From a virus: DNA of 64,000 nt. A model generated the notes under the pieces. That model made no database searches, was not told where the DNA came from, and saw only the letters and a list, made by a program, of their open reading frames with translations. Below, piece after piece: positions 9,172-18,646 of the stretch (within the stretch, counting starts at the first letter, position 1; each line of letters begins with the position of its first letter). The stretch is from positions 1-64,000 of the IMG/VR virus record IMGVR_UViG_3300032116_000033. One strand, 5' to 3'. The translations under genes were made by a program, and so were the position numbers.

Positions 9172-9869
9172 GCGTCGTCTCCTTGTGTTAATAATATTTT
9201 GCTTCCTTTGGAAAGATTCTCTGACTCCCACAGAGGCTGAAGATTGGTATAATGAAAGGCTTTAAAAAACTCATCAGGATTTGATAGATCGAAACTTGAC
9301 ACTGGAAGTATATGATCGATATGCCAGCCTTCTCTACCCCAATTGTCCCACGTCATACCGGGCTTAAATTTAGCCTCAAGATGAGCCTTTAGATCTTCAG
9401 TGCTGCACCCTATATACTGCTCATACTTTCCTAGCTTAGAGCCGCCTTTTATTGCGATTGACGTACGGCATCTAATCTGATTCTCAATCCTTTTTAAGAG
9501 ATTCTTTCTCTTGTTTCTCTCAAACTCTCTTGCTCTGTTTCTTTTCTTCTCAAGCCACTGAGGATCTTGGGCTCGTCTTGCATACATTTCTTTACGCTCT
9601 TCTTGAGAGTAAGTCTTTCTCTTTTCTTCTTTATCAGTGCCTTTGTTTCTTAATCTTCTTAAGCGTTTATTTTCTCTTTCTCGTTCCGGATTTTCCGCCA
9701 TCCATTTTGTGCGATGGTCTTTGTATCTTTGTTTATTGTTTTTAACATATTCACTTGCTTTTATATTACGGCACTTTTTACATTGATTTTGAAGTCCGTC
9801 TTTTGCTTTACTAGAGCAATGAAAGTCAGAACGATCTTTTTCAAGTTTACAGTTAGTGCAAGTCTTCAT
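9168..9869 (-). CDS. HNH-type homing endonuclease
   Basis: N-terminal CxxC...CxxC; C-terminal GMTWDNWG..WHIDHILP...HYTNLQPLW; AT-rich. Confidence 0.8.
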   Translation of the reverse strand: MKTCTNCKLEKDRSDFHCSSKAKDGLQNQCKKCRNIKASEYVKNNKQRYKDHRTKWMAENPERERENKRLRRLRNKGTDKEEKRKTYSQEERKEMYARRAQDPQWLEKKRNRAREFERNKRKNLLKRIENQIRCRTSIAIKGGSKLGKYEQYIGCSTEDLKAHLEAKFKPGMTWDNWGREGWHIDHILPVSSFDLSNPDEFFKAFHYTNLQPLWESENLSKGSKILLTQGDDA

Positions 9870-10921
9870 GGCTCTTCAACATCCATCTTCGACACCATGT
9901 CGTTTATCGCGTCTATCTGGGCCTGATCCTTCAGTTCCTGAAGTTCCTTCTTTGAGACGTACGTGAACCTGCCGTTCTCGTACCGACAGGACACGGTGAC
10001 CTCAGCCTTTGAGAAGCGGCCTTTGGCCACGTAGAAGTTCGATACCGGTATGCCCTTGACCTTTATGATCTCGATCACGGCGGCGGCGGCCTCGTAGAAC
10101 CCGCGAACCCACTTTATACGCGTCTCAACGTTTCTCTCTGTCTCGTCTGACGATATCGGGATCAGCTGGGTCATCACTATCACCGGAGTCTTTGCGTACT
10201 GTGCGTAGTCCGTGATCAGATCCTTGAATCGGTATAGGGCATCCGTCCGTTCGATGCCTGGCACCACCACTGACTTGTTGATGCGCTGAAGGAAGTCCAC
10301 GATGACCGCCTGGTAGGCGCCGGACTCGTTCACCTCCTTGAGGATTGACTCGATCTTCTCCAGCGTCGTGCTCGCTATGGGATCGTCCATCACCGTGACG
10401 TACGGCTCGATCTCCAGGATCTTGTGTGCGATCTGCTTCCTGAAGCTCGCCGGTAGTTTGTCTTGGATGTAGAGGTTGAAGTCGATGCCGAGGTCCACGC
10501 ATGCCACGCGCGCGATGATCTTTGCTTCCGTCTCCTCGTTCGAGACGATGAAGGACCTCATGCCTTGCGCGTAGAGCCCGTGTGCGATCGCGGCCGTCGT
10601 AGTAGACTTGCCCGTGCCTGAGGCAGCACCCATCAGGTACACGGCACCCGGACACAGCGGGCATACCGTGCTCAGGGCAGAGTTTATGAAAGGCACCGCC
10701 TTACGAATCAGGTCCGCGTCGCGCTCAAGTATGCCGACCAGGCGCTTGGCGTTGCCCGAGCCTTTGCGGGCCTCGATCTCGCTAAGCGAGTAGTTCTCGA
10801 GTCTTTCCTGCAAGGCTTTCTTCTGGTTCAGCTTCGCGATGCCTTCCTGAACCTTCGCCTTCTCGAGTTCCTGCTTGGCCTCGAAAAGCTCGACCTTTGA
10901 GTTTATCTTAGGCTCACTCAT
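9866..10921 (-). CDS. DnaB-like (SF4) replicative helicase
   Basis: Walker A GAASGTGKS, catalytic SNEE, Walker B VIVDFLQ, MTQL and AKGR motifs. Confidence 0.75.
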   Translation of the reverse strand: MSEPKINSKVELFEAKQELEKAKVQEGIAKLNQKKALQERLENYSLSEIEARKGSGNAKRLVGILERDADLIRKAVPFINSALSTVCPLCPGAVYLMGAASGTGKSTTTAAIAHGLYAQGMRSFIVSNEETEAKIIARVACVDLGIDFNLYIQDKLPASFRKQIAHKILEIEPYVTVMDDPIASTTLEKIESILKEVNESGAYQAVIVDFLQRINKSVVVPGIERTDALYRFKDLITDYAQYAKTPVIVMTQLIPISSDETERNVETRIKWVRGFYEAAAAVIEIIKVKGIPVSNFYVAKGRFSKAEVTVSCRYENGRFTYVSKKELQELKDQAQIDAINDMVSKMDVEEP

Positions 10922-11816
10922 CTTCCAGCACTCCTTGTCTAGGTCCGCTAGACATTATCCGCTCGTGCTCCCGCATCATCTCCTCGATGACGTCGTCGTC
11001 TGTCACCATCTTGAGCGCGGTCTCTATCGTTATCTGCCCGTCCATCTTCGATACCTTTACACCCCGTTCCTCTCGAACCTCAGGAACCGCAAGCTCGATG
11101 TCAGCGTTGAACGTCGCGCCTAGAGCTTTGTCCCACCAGTCCTCGTGGCGCTGCGGGAACTTAGATCTCTCCCAGCGGCGCAGGATCTTCTTCTTGAAGG
11201 AAGGTGAGATCTCGGCGGAGGAGAAGCCAGCGGTCTTCAAGGACTCGAACAGAACCAGGAGCTCATCGTAGCAGGACTTGAAGTCTGGTCTCTCAGGAAC
11301 CTCAGCTAGCCATCTCCGGTAGATGTCTTCCTGCGAAAATTTCGTCTTCTCTTCTTTCTTTTCTTCTATTCTTATTTGTGTGCCAGTTTTGTAACCCCCG
11401 TGGTCATGATTTGTAACCCCCGTGGTCGTGTTTTGTAACCCCCGCCCCTTGTTTCCTTGCAGGATGTCTATGATTGCTTCGTCGTTTAGGCAGTAGTAGT
11501 TGACTGTTTGTATTCCTTTAGAAGGAACTGAAGTTTGCTTAGAGTGGACCAATACAAGACCCTTTTCCTGAAGGTCTTTTGTGGCACGTCGTCGCATCTG
11601 AGCTCCCATAGCAAGATCTTCTTCTATGGTCTCAGAAAGCACATAAAAAGATCCGTCTTCAGTCAGATCTCCTCGAGAAGCGAAATATTCTCTTCTTTGG
11701 ATAAGATCCGACAACAGCACGACTGCGCTATAGTTGCCTTCAAGTGTTTTGACTAAATGTTTGTTTATAAGCCAAAATGAAGTCTGGCCTAAAACATTAG
11801 CAAGCAAAGATCTCAT
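10914..11816 (-). CDS. replication initiator protein (lambda-O-like architecture)
   Basis: N-terminal winged-HTH-like region; internal iterons; located between primase and helicase. Confidence 0.65.
   Translation of the reverse strand: MRSLLANVLGQTSFWLINKHLVKTLEGNYSAVVLLSDLIQRREYFASRGDLTEDGSFYVLSETIEEDLAMGAQMRRRATKDLQEKGLVLVHSKQTSVPSKGIQTVNYYCLNDEAIIDILQGNKGRGLQNTTTGVTNHDHGGYKTGTQIRIEEKKEEKTKFSQEDIYRRWLAEVPERPDFKSCYDELLVLFESLKTAGFSSAEISPSFKKKILRRWERSKFPQRHEDWWDKALGATFNADIELAVPEVREERGVKVSKMDGQITIETALKMVTDDDVIEEMMREHERIMSSGPRQGVLEDE
11388..11444. repeat. three iterons TTTGTAACCCCCG(TGGTC) at 22-bp period; putative replication origin
   Basis: GTAACCCCCG begins at 11391, 11413 and 11435; adjacent T-rich/pyrimidine tract 11340-11380. 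Confidence 0.8.
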
Positions 11817-11819
11817 ATA

Positions 11820-12713
11820 TCAAGCCTTCTTTAATGAAGCGGCAAGGTGCGACGCCGGATCGCCTCCCGCCTTCAGGATGTCGTTCCAGTCTACGCCCTC
11901 TTCTTTCACGAAGGCGTAGTGGGTGCAGGCTCCGGCTGCGGCCATCTTCTCGAAGGCCTTGATGCCTGCCTCGTCGTTGTCGAATGCTGCCACGACCTTT
12001 GTTCCTGATTCGATAAGCTCCCTGAGCTTTTCAGAGTGGTACTTTGATACGCTTGCGCCTGACGTTGATATGCATCGATATGGATTCTTGATAAGGTTAC
12101 CGTACCTTAGGTTCAAGGACTGCTGAATGCTGGCTGCGTTTATGGCACCCTCGGCCACGACCACGTACCTGACGTTCGTACTCATGACCTGCTGAGACCA
12201 GCTCCAGAACAAGTACCCGAGTCTTGTACCAGGAAGCGTGGTGATCTTCCAGTCGTTTCCGTCCTCGTCCTTGCGAGGGGTTATGAACCTGATCTGTGCG
12301 CCGACGAACGTGTTCTCGTAGTAGTACGGGAAAACGATGCCGTCTCGCTCGGTGTCGTAGTACATCTCAGGCGGAGACACCAGACCGCGCGACCTAAGGT
12401 AGGCCACGCCTCTCTCGGCCTTAGGGTCAGATAGGGCAACGAAAGACCTCGGCCACGCCATAGCAGAGACTTCCATGTCTTTAGCTTCTTCAAATGTGAT
12501 ATTAGATTTAAGGAAGTCTTTAAGAGTAATCCCTGCCAGGGAGCAATATTCATACAGCGAATAACCACGCTTACACTTACCTTGACACCACAGCCAGATC
12601 TCGCCTGTGTCAGGATCTTTGTGCGCATAGATGCAGTCGTTCTTTTTCTTAGAACTTCCTGCAACCACCTTGCATATCAAACATTTCTTAAATCCTATGT
12701 TCATGTCATTCAT
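11820..12713 (-). CDS. DNA primase (Zn-binding + TOPRIM)
   Basis: CLIC...WCQGKC, YLRSRGL, AEGAINA, AFDNDEAG and DWND motifs. Confidence 0.8.
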   Translation of the reverse strand: MNDMNIGFKKCLICKVVAGSSKKKNDCIYAHKDPDTGEIWLWCQGKCKRGYSLYEYCSLAGITLKDFLKSNITFEEAKDMEVSAMAWPRSFVALSDPKAERGVAYLRSRGLVSPPEMYYDTERDGIVFPYYYENTFVGAQIRFITPRKDEDGNDWKITTLPGTRLGYLFWSWSQQVMSTNVRYVVVAEGAINAASIQQSLNLRYGNLIKNPYRCISTSGASVSKYHSEKLRELIESGTKVVAAFDNDEAGIKAFEKMAAAGACTHYAFVKEEGVDWNDILKAGGDPASHLAASLKKA

Positions 12714-12725
12714 AACACTTTACTC

Positions 12726-12989
12726 TCACTTGAAGAAGTCAATAAGGCTAAAATCTTCTTCTTTATTTTTAACGCCGTAGTCTTCTGGCTGCGGAAACTC
12801 GTCTTTGCATGTCTTAAGATTCGTGACTACAATCTTGACACCGTTATCCTGGTCGTTGATCTTTACAAGATCGATACGGTACTCGTCGCCGATGTAGAAC
12901 GGGCGGCGCCTGTTTAGCCACCAGTACATCTTAGTGTCGACTGGTTTTTTAACATCTTTCTCGGTCGATACGGATTTCTTGTCTGACAT
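12726..12989 (-). CDS. small protein with weak CsrA-like core
   Basis: GGAG RBS before MSDKK; RRRPFYIGDEYRIDLVKINDQDNGVKIVV resembles CsrA [20 protein letters not shown]. Confidence 0.4.
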   Translation of the reverse strand: MSDKKSVSTEKDVKKPVDTKMYWWLNRRRPFYIGDEYRIDLVKINDQDNGVKIVVTNLKTCKDEFPQPEDYGVKNKEEDFSLIDFFK

Positions 12990-13010
12990 GTAGAATCTCC
13001 TCATAACACG

Positions 13011-14444
13011 TTGGAGTTTTTTATGCAAGGTGGTTATACGAACGATCACGAAGATATGGTCGCATACGTTACTAACGATATCATTCGCATAGACAACCCA
13101 CGAACGGATATCGAATCGGATATCATGACCGAGCTTTCCTATATCGACAAGTCCAAAGAGTATCAGCTCAAGCGCATGCAGAAGAACCCGTACGCCAAGG
13201 CGTCTCAGCAGTACGCCCAGCTTCAGAAAGAGTCTAAAGGAAATCTCTGCAAGAAGATAAACGATTCTTTGTTTATACCTTCGGGATTCATGAATCTTGT
13301 AAAAAGCAAAGTCAACACCGTCGTCGACACCCGGCAAGACACCGGGCCTCAGGTCTCGCTTCCGTGGGCTAATGCCTCATATTCCTTGAAGCTCAGAGAC
13401 TACCAGGAAGAGGCCGTGGAGCTGGCATCCCAGAGCTGGCGCGGCATCATCAACCTAGCAACCGGGCTCGGCAAGACCAAGACCGCCATAGCCCTCATAA
13501 GAAAGCTGAAGCGCAACACACTTGTAGTTTGTCCAAGCAAATCAATAGCCTTACAGTTCCACAGCGAGCTCGTCGAGGCCTTTGGAAAGTCCAAGGTCGG
13601 GTTCGTAGGAGACGGTAAGTATAAACCCTCTACAGTGACCGTCGGCATAGCAGCTTCCGTATGTAACCGCATCGACGACATCAAGGGCCTTAACCTTGGC
13701 GTTGTAGTCTTCGACGAGACCCACCACACTCCCGCAAACACCTTCTATGCTATCGCCGAGGGACTAGGTGCCGTGGGCCGTATATACGGACTCACGGCTA
13801 CCGCCTTCAGGTCAGACGGCAAAGACATCTTCATACACGCAGCATGCGGCGACATACTCGTGCAGCGCGATGTCTCCTGGGGCGTAGCGAACGGCTGGCT
13901 GTCTGATCCGTACTTCATAGTCAGGAAGGTGAAGACGGTAGGGAAAGACTTCAGAGACGATAAGCTCAAGTCATACAGAGCCCACGTCCTAGAATCAAAG
14001 GAGATGAACGACAGGATCATCTCAGACTGCAGAGCCTTCCACACTGCAGGAAAGTTTCTGCTCGTGCTGGTCGATCAGATCGAGCACGGCGACATCATCT
14101 CCTCAGCGCTCGGCATCCCGTTCGCGAACGGCAGGGACAAAGGCTCCGAAGTAAACATCCAGCACTTCAACGACGGCAATATAAAGGCACTTATCGCGAC
14201 CGATGGTCTGGTAGGCGAAGGCGTCGACACGAGGAACGTCGAGGTCCTCGTCGTAGCAAACTTCACAGCGTCTAAGTCGGCCGTGCTTCAAGCGGTCGGC
14301 AGAGGCCTCAGAAAGACACCCACCAAAGACAAGTGCATCATCCTAGACTACGTGCCAGAAGGATCGACGATGCTCGCCAGACACGCAAAGCAGCGGATCT
14401 CCTACTACCTCGAGATAACGGACAAGGTGAAGATCGTAGAATAA
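13011..14444 (+). CDS. superfamily 2 DNA helicase (UvsW-like); start codon uncertain
   Basis: LRDYQ, ATGLGKT, DETHH, TAT, QAVGRGLR motifs. Confidence 0.9.
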   Translation: MEFFMQGGYTNDHEDMVAYVTNDIIRIDNPRTDIESDIMTELSYIDKSKEYQLKRMQKNPYAKASQQYAQLQKESKGNLCKKINDSLFIPSGFMNLVKSKVNTVVDTRQDTGPQVSLPWANASYSLKLRDYQEEAVELASQSWRGIINLATGLGKTKTAIALIRKLKRNTLVVCPSKSIALQFHSELVEAFGKSKVGFVGDGKYKPSTVTVGIAASVCNRIDDIKGLNLGVVVFDETHHTPANTFYAIAEGLGAVGRIYGLTATAFRSDGKDIFIHAACGDILVQRDVSWGVANGWLSDPYFIVRKVKTVGKDFRDDKLKSYRAHVLESKEMNDRIISDCRAFHTAGKFLLVLVDQIEHGDIISSALGIPFANGRDKGSEVNIQHFNDGNIKALIATDGLVGEGVDTRNVEVLVVANFTASKSAVLQAVGRGLRKTPTKDKCIILDYVPEGSTMLARHAKQRISYYLEITDKVKIVE

Positions 14445-14459
14445 GATCGTCTGTAACAA

Positions 14460-14660
14460 GACAGGAGTGTCTGTTCCTCCGCTTCTATAAGAAAGTGTAG
14501 CAGGAGCGCCTTGTCGGTCAGGTTGTTGGGTGTTAAAGGCAGCGTCAATTATCTGCTTGGCGCTGTCCGCTCGAAAGGGCGAACTATAGATCGACCGTTA
14601 GGCTGCGTGGGCAGAGCACGGCAGTTAGACGCAACCTGGGCATGTTGACAAAAGGCCCAC
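14460..14660 (+). ncRNA. candidate structured RNA / leader
   Basis: ~240-nt gap between genes with several stems: GGCAGCGTCAA/TTGGCGCTGTC, CGCTC-GAAA-GGGCG, CAGGTTGT/GCAACCTG, GCCTTGTC/GACAAAAGGC. Confidence 0.45.
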
Positions 14661-14685
14661 CTTATCCCACACAAAGGAGATCTTC

Positions 14686-15135
14686 ATGGAAAAGAACGTA
14701 AGATGTCAGGTACTAGAGCACGGCAAACTTCCCGTCAAAGCACATGCCACAGACGCAGGCTATGACCTGTTCGCGACCGAAGACTTCGACATCTACCCAG
14801 GCGAGGTCGTAAAGCATCCGCTCAACATACGACTTGAGCTTCCTGACTCTACGTACGCAGAGGTAACGTCCAAGTCAGGAAACGGCGTAAAGGGTCTCCT
14901 CGTCTATGCCGGCATCATCGACGAAGGCTACCGCGGCATCGTCCACGTCATCATGACGAACCTAAACCACAACATACCGAGCAAGAAGCTCTCGATCCTC
15001 AAGGGGCAAAAGATCGCCCAGATGATAATGCACCCGTACTCAAAGCATTACACCATGGAGCAGGTAGAATCCGTAGACAGCAACACCGACCGAGGGGCAG
15101 GTGGATTCGGCTCGTCAGGAAATTCTCTTGCTTGA
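14686..15135 (+). CDS. dut: trimeric dUTPase
   Basis: AGYDL, SKSG, GIIDEGYRG, KIAQM, RGAGGFGSSG motifs. Confidence 0.95.
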   Translation: MEKNVRCQVLEHGKLPVKAHATDAGYDLFATEDFDIYPGEVVKHPLNIRLELPDSTYAEVTSKSGNGVKGLLVYAGIIDEGYRGIVHVIMTNLNHNIPSKKLSILKGQKIAQMIMHPYSKHYTMEQVESVDSNTDRGAGGFGSSGNSLA

Positions 15136-15142
15136 GGAGAGT

Positions 15143-15847
15143 ATGACTAATACTTCAACAATATTCGGCACTTCCATAAAGATCAATCAGACAAAGCTCT
15201 TTGATCCCGACTCCGTGTGGCCGCAGAACGTCGAGGTCTGCGTCACGCGCGTGCCAATAAGAAGGCGCGACGGATACTCTCAGGAGTTCATCAGGGGCTT
15301 TGCAAACAAGCTTAAAGGTTCTATGGTAAAGAACGGGGTCGTGTTTCTGGTCTGCTACGCACCCACAGAGGCAAAGTGGCGCCCTTTCGAGGTCGCAAAG
15401 GAGATGGTCGACGCAGGCTTCACGCACGTAGACAACATCGTCGTAGAGAAGACCTGGCTTCCAGGCAAGCGAGCAGAGAACATGCTCGTCAACAGCCACG
15501 ACTACGTTCTTTTCTTCTGCAACGGCGATGTGTGGAAGCTTGATCGCAAGCCGGTCAAGAAGTACTCGATGCTTGAGGAGTCTGTGCAGTGCATCGGCAA
15601 TACATGGCTGGTAGAGACCGGATCGCTTGACGAGGCGTACTCTGAAGACCTCGCAGAGCTTCTCCTGAGGACGGCAGATGCCCTTCCCGGCAGCAGTGTC
15701 TTCGATCCTTTCATGGGAAACGTTGCGTCGCTCAAGGCGTGCTTGAAGCTCGGCCATTCGCTGACCGGGTTTGAGACCGACCAGCGCAAGATCTCCCAGT
15801 ACAACAAGATCATACAAGACTTCAAGAAGAAAGGCGCGTTCGGATGA
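15143..15847 (+). CDS. N6/N4 DNA methyltransferase-like protein with degenerate catalytic motif
   Basis: VFDPFMG SAM-binding motif and HDYVLFF; expected (S/D)PPY replaced by RVPI. Confidence 0.65.
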   Translation: MTNTSTIFGTSIKINQTKLFDPDSVWPQNVEVCVTRVPIRRRDGYSQEFIRGFANKLKGSMVKNGVVFLVCYAPTEAKWRPFEVAKEMVDAGFTHVDNIVVEKTWLPGKRAENMLVNSHDYVLFFCNGDVWKLDRKPVKKYSMLEESVQCIGNTWLVETGSLDEAYSEDLAELLLRTADALPGSSVFDPFMGNVASLKACLKLGHSLTGFETDQRKISQYNKIIQDFKKKGAFG

Positions 15848-17547
15848 TGTACGTAAAGTCAAAGTCTAAGGATATGATAGACGATCGCGATCAGCTGCAG
15901 CAGATCGTGACTTCTACGTTGTCTCGTATGGCTGCCATCGCGGGTCGCACCTTAGGCCCTGGCGGAACTATTGTTCTTATCGAACGCGAGGGAATGCCTC
16001 CCCTTATGACGAAGGACGGCGTGACCGTGATCAAATCGCTGGGGATGCCTAATGCGGCAGCAAATACAGTTCTTGACACTTGCAAGGAGATTTCGCTTAA
16101 CACAGCGCGAGATGCGGGTGATGGCACGACTACTGCGATCGTTCTCGCGGATGCGATTGTAAAGGCTGGATCTCTTTTCATGATGAGGAACGCACGATAC
16201 AATCCTCAGCGCTTAGTAAACGAGCTCCGCAAGTGCTACGACAAGATCATCGTTCCTTACCTTAGCGAAGTCTCGATCAAGGTCAAGTCAGACGACGATC
16301 TAAGGCGTGTGGCCCTGATCTCGGCAAACGGCGACCACGACGTGGCAAGCGTTGTAGTCAAGGCTTTCCTTGCGGCAGGCGAGGACGGCCATATCCTCAT
16401 CCAAGAGGACCAAGGCGGCGGTATGAGAGTAGAGACCGTCGACGGCTTCATCGTGACGTCTGGTCTCAAGGATCTAGGGTCTATCGGCTCTGTCTTCATC
16501 AACGATCGCGCCAACCAGCAGGTCAGGATGGACGCAGGTCTGGTAGTGCTTTTTGACGGCACGCTCAACGATCTGGTTCTGCCGGCAGCGATCCAGACAG
16601 CATGCGAGTCAGATCCTGACTTCTTCGGCAAGCCTATCATCGTCATGGCCCACGGGTTCGCAGACCCAGTGATCGAGAAATGTCTAAAGACCTCCAAGTC
16701 AGGCGTCACGGTTCTTCCGGTAAAGGTTCCCAAGTCTACTCTTGCAAACTCACGAACCATGTTCCTCCATGATATGGCAGCTTACACCGGTGCCACGGTG
16801 ATGGATCCTGCAACTGCGGCAAGCTTCGACACGAAACATTTCGGAGCCTTTACATCTGCTAAAGTGAACACATACGAGACCTTCATCCAGTGCGAGTCAG
16901 ACGCCGATCTCATCGACGAGCGCGTGTCAGAGCTCAAGGCGATAATGGCCGCCGCACACTCTGAGCATGACCGCGCACACCTTCGTGCAGCCATCGCAAA
17001 ATTAACCGGCGGTATCTCTACTATATGGGTAGGCGGCATCACGGACGCAGAGATCCGCGAGCGTCGCGATCGCGTTCAGGACGCGGTCGAGGCCGTAAGA
17101 TCTGCAGTAGCAGAAGGCATAGTCGCCGGCGGATGCGCGACCCATATCGCTCTTGCCGACCGCATCAGGCGATCAGAGCCGACGCCGGCGTGGGAGATAC
17201 TGGCCGATGCTCTAGAAAAACCCTTCAGCGTTCTTCTGTCGAACTGCGGCGAGTACGACCGGTACGCTGAACTTACGTCGGCCATCAGAGAGTCCATGGG
17301 CACGTCCGGGACGCCGAAGGTCGTGTTTGACGCAAGCGCGCACGAGATCGTCGATCCGTTCGATGCAGGCATCGTGGAGCCGGCGAAGGTCCATCGCGTG
17401 GCGATAGGAAACGCGTTATCGGTGGCATCGCTGATGGTGACGCTTGGCGGCATCGTTGTGGCGCCGCGTGACTACAACCTTGAGACCCAGATGGAGCTCA
17501 GCAAGGCTGCGTTCAAGGACATGCTAAACGACACGGGTGAAGAATGA
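15844..17547 (+). CDS. groEL: GroEL-like chaperonin
   Basis: TLGPGG, TKDGVTV, AGDGTTTA, ISANGD, EGIVAGG, AGIVEP motifs. Confidence 0.92.
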   Translation: MMYVKSKSKDMIDDRDQLQQIVTSTLSRMAAIAGRTLGPGGTIVLIEREGMPPLMTKDGVTVIKSLGMPNAAANTVLDTCKEISLNTARDAGDGTTTAIVLADAIVKAGSLFMMRNARYNPQRLVNELRKCYDKIIVPYLSEVSIKVKSDDDLRRVALISANGDHDVASVVVKAFLAAGEDGHILIQEDQGGGMRVETVDGFIVTSGLKDLGSIGSVFINDRANQQVRMDAGLVVLFDGTLNDLVLPAAIQTACESDPDFFGKPIIVMAHGFADPVIEKCLKTSKSGVTVLPVKVPKSTLANSRTMFLHDMAAYTGATVMDPATAASFDTKHFGAFTSAKVNTYETFIQCESDADLIDERVSELKAIMAAAHSEHDRAHLRAAIAKLTGGISTIWVGGITDAEIRERRDRVQDAVEAVRSAVAEGIVAGGCATHIALADRIRRSEPTPAWEILADALEKPFSVLLSNCGEYDRYAELTSAIRESMGTSGTPKVVFDASAHEIVDPFDAGIVEPAKVHRVAIGNALSVASLMVTLGGIVVAPRDYNLETQMELSKAAFKDMLNDTGEE

Positions 17548-18293
17548 TTGCTATCCTAAACAACCAGTACGCTAGATACGCCATAGTCTTCTTTGCAGGC
17601 ATCGCCATGACGATCTTGCTCTATCCTAGTGAATCGACGTCGATCGTAGAGAAGGAAAAGATCCTTAATGAAACTCGCGCATCTTATGAGTCTAAGCTTC
17701 AAGAGTCCGAGAAGACCCTAAAGCAAGAGCGCGAGACGCATCAGAAAGATATCGAGACCGTTAGGCAAGAATCTTTCAGGCGTGAGCAAGAGCTTACGAC
17801 GAGGATCAGTTCTTTGTCCACCGAGAACTCTTCCTTGAAGCAGAAGACCAAGATGGTCACGGTAGAGAAGGTCCATCCAGACGGCACCGTGGAAAGAAAG
17901 ACCATCTCGACCTCCGAGCTCGAGTCTGAGACTCAAGTTATCGCTCAGATACAGAGAGAGGCCGAGGAGAAGATCGTGGACACAGTGTCTAAGCTCAAGT
18001 TCGAGCACGCCAGAGAGCTCAACGAGAAGACGTCCGTTCTTCAGACCAAGATCGACAAGCTCTCGCTGGAGCTTAACAAGAGCGAGAGTCTGCTAAAGGA
18101 AGAGCGCGAGAAGACATCGAGAACGACGTCTAATCCTAGACCGTTTGCGCTAGGACTAGGACTCAACACCGACAGACAGTACACTGTAGAGACCCATTAC
18201 ACCTTCTGGGGACCTGTCTACGTAGGTGCCTCGTATGATAGAGGGGGTATATCTAATGATAGAGCAGGCCTATCATTGGGGATAAGATTCTGA
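17544..18293 (+). CDS. membrane-anchored coiled-coil protein
   Basis: N-terminal TM helix, long heptad region, C-terminal beta-strands ending GLSLGIRF. Confidence 0.6.
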   Translation: MIAILNNQYARYAIVFFAGIAMTILLYPSESTSIVEKEKILNETRASYESKLQESEKTLKQERETHQKDIETVRQESFRREQELTTRISSLSTENSSLKQKTKMVTVEKVHPDGTVERKTISTSELESETQVIAQIQREAEEKIVDTVSKLKFEHARELNEKTSVLQTKIDKLSLELNKSESLLKEEREKTSRTTSNPRPFALGLGLNTDRQYTVETHYTFWGPVYVGASYDRGGISNDRAGLSLGIRF

Positions 18294-18646
18294 TGCCTAA
18301 GTACAGATTCACGTGCAGGCAGTGCGAGGCCGAGATCGTCAAGTACGTTCCGGCCTCTACTCTTTATGCGGTGTGCAGCGTATGCGGAGGCGATATGCAG
18401 CGACTTATACCGTCTACGGTCGAGCAGTCTACGGTAAAAGAGATGGTCGACTCTTATTCCGGCATCCACCTTGCACCAGACAACAAAGAGATCCTTGAGG
18501 CCAGAAGGTCTGAATACTTCTGGGCAGTAGAGGTTCCAAGACTGGTTCAAGAGTATCCGCCAGATCACTGCCTTAAAGAGGGCTGGATCTACTACGACGA
18601 GCAGGGCAACATAAAAGTTCACACAAAACCACCGCACAAGAGGTGA
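18293..18646 (+). CDS. FmdB-like zinc-ribbon protein
   Basis: MPKYRFTCRQC...CSVCGG. Confidence 0.7.
   Translation: MPKYRFTCRQCEAEIVKYVPASTLYAVCSVCGGDMQRLIPSTVEQSTVKEMVDSYSGIHLAPDNKEILEARRSEYFWAVEVPRLVQEYPPDHCLKEGWIYYDEQGNIKVHTKPPHKR

Noticed and set aside
11388-11444. Mini CRISPR array
   Set aside because: 22-bp period with no real spacers, inside a CDS; fits iterons
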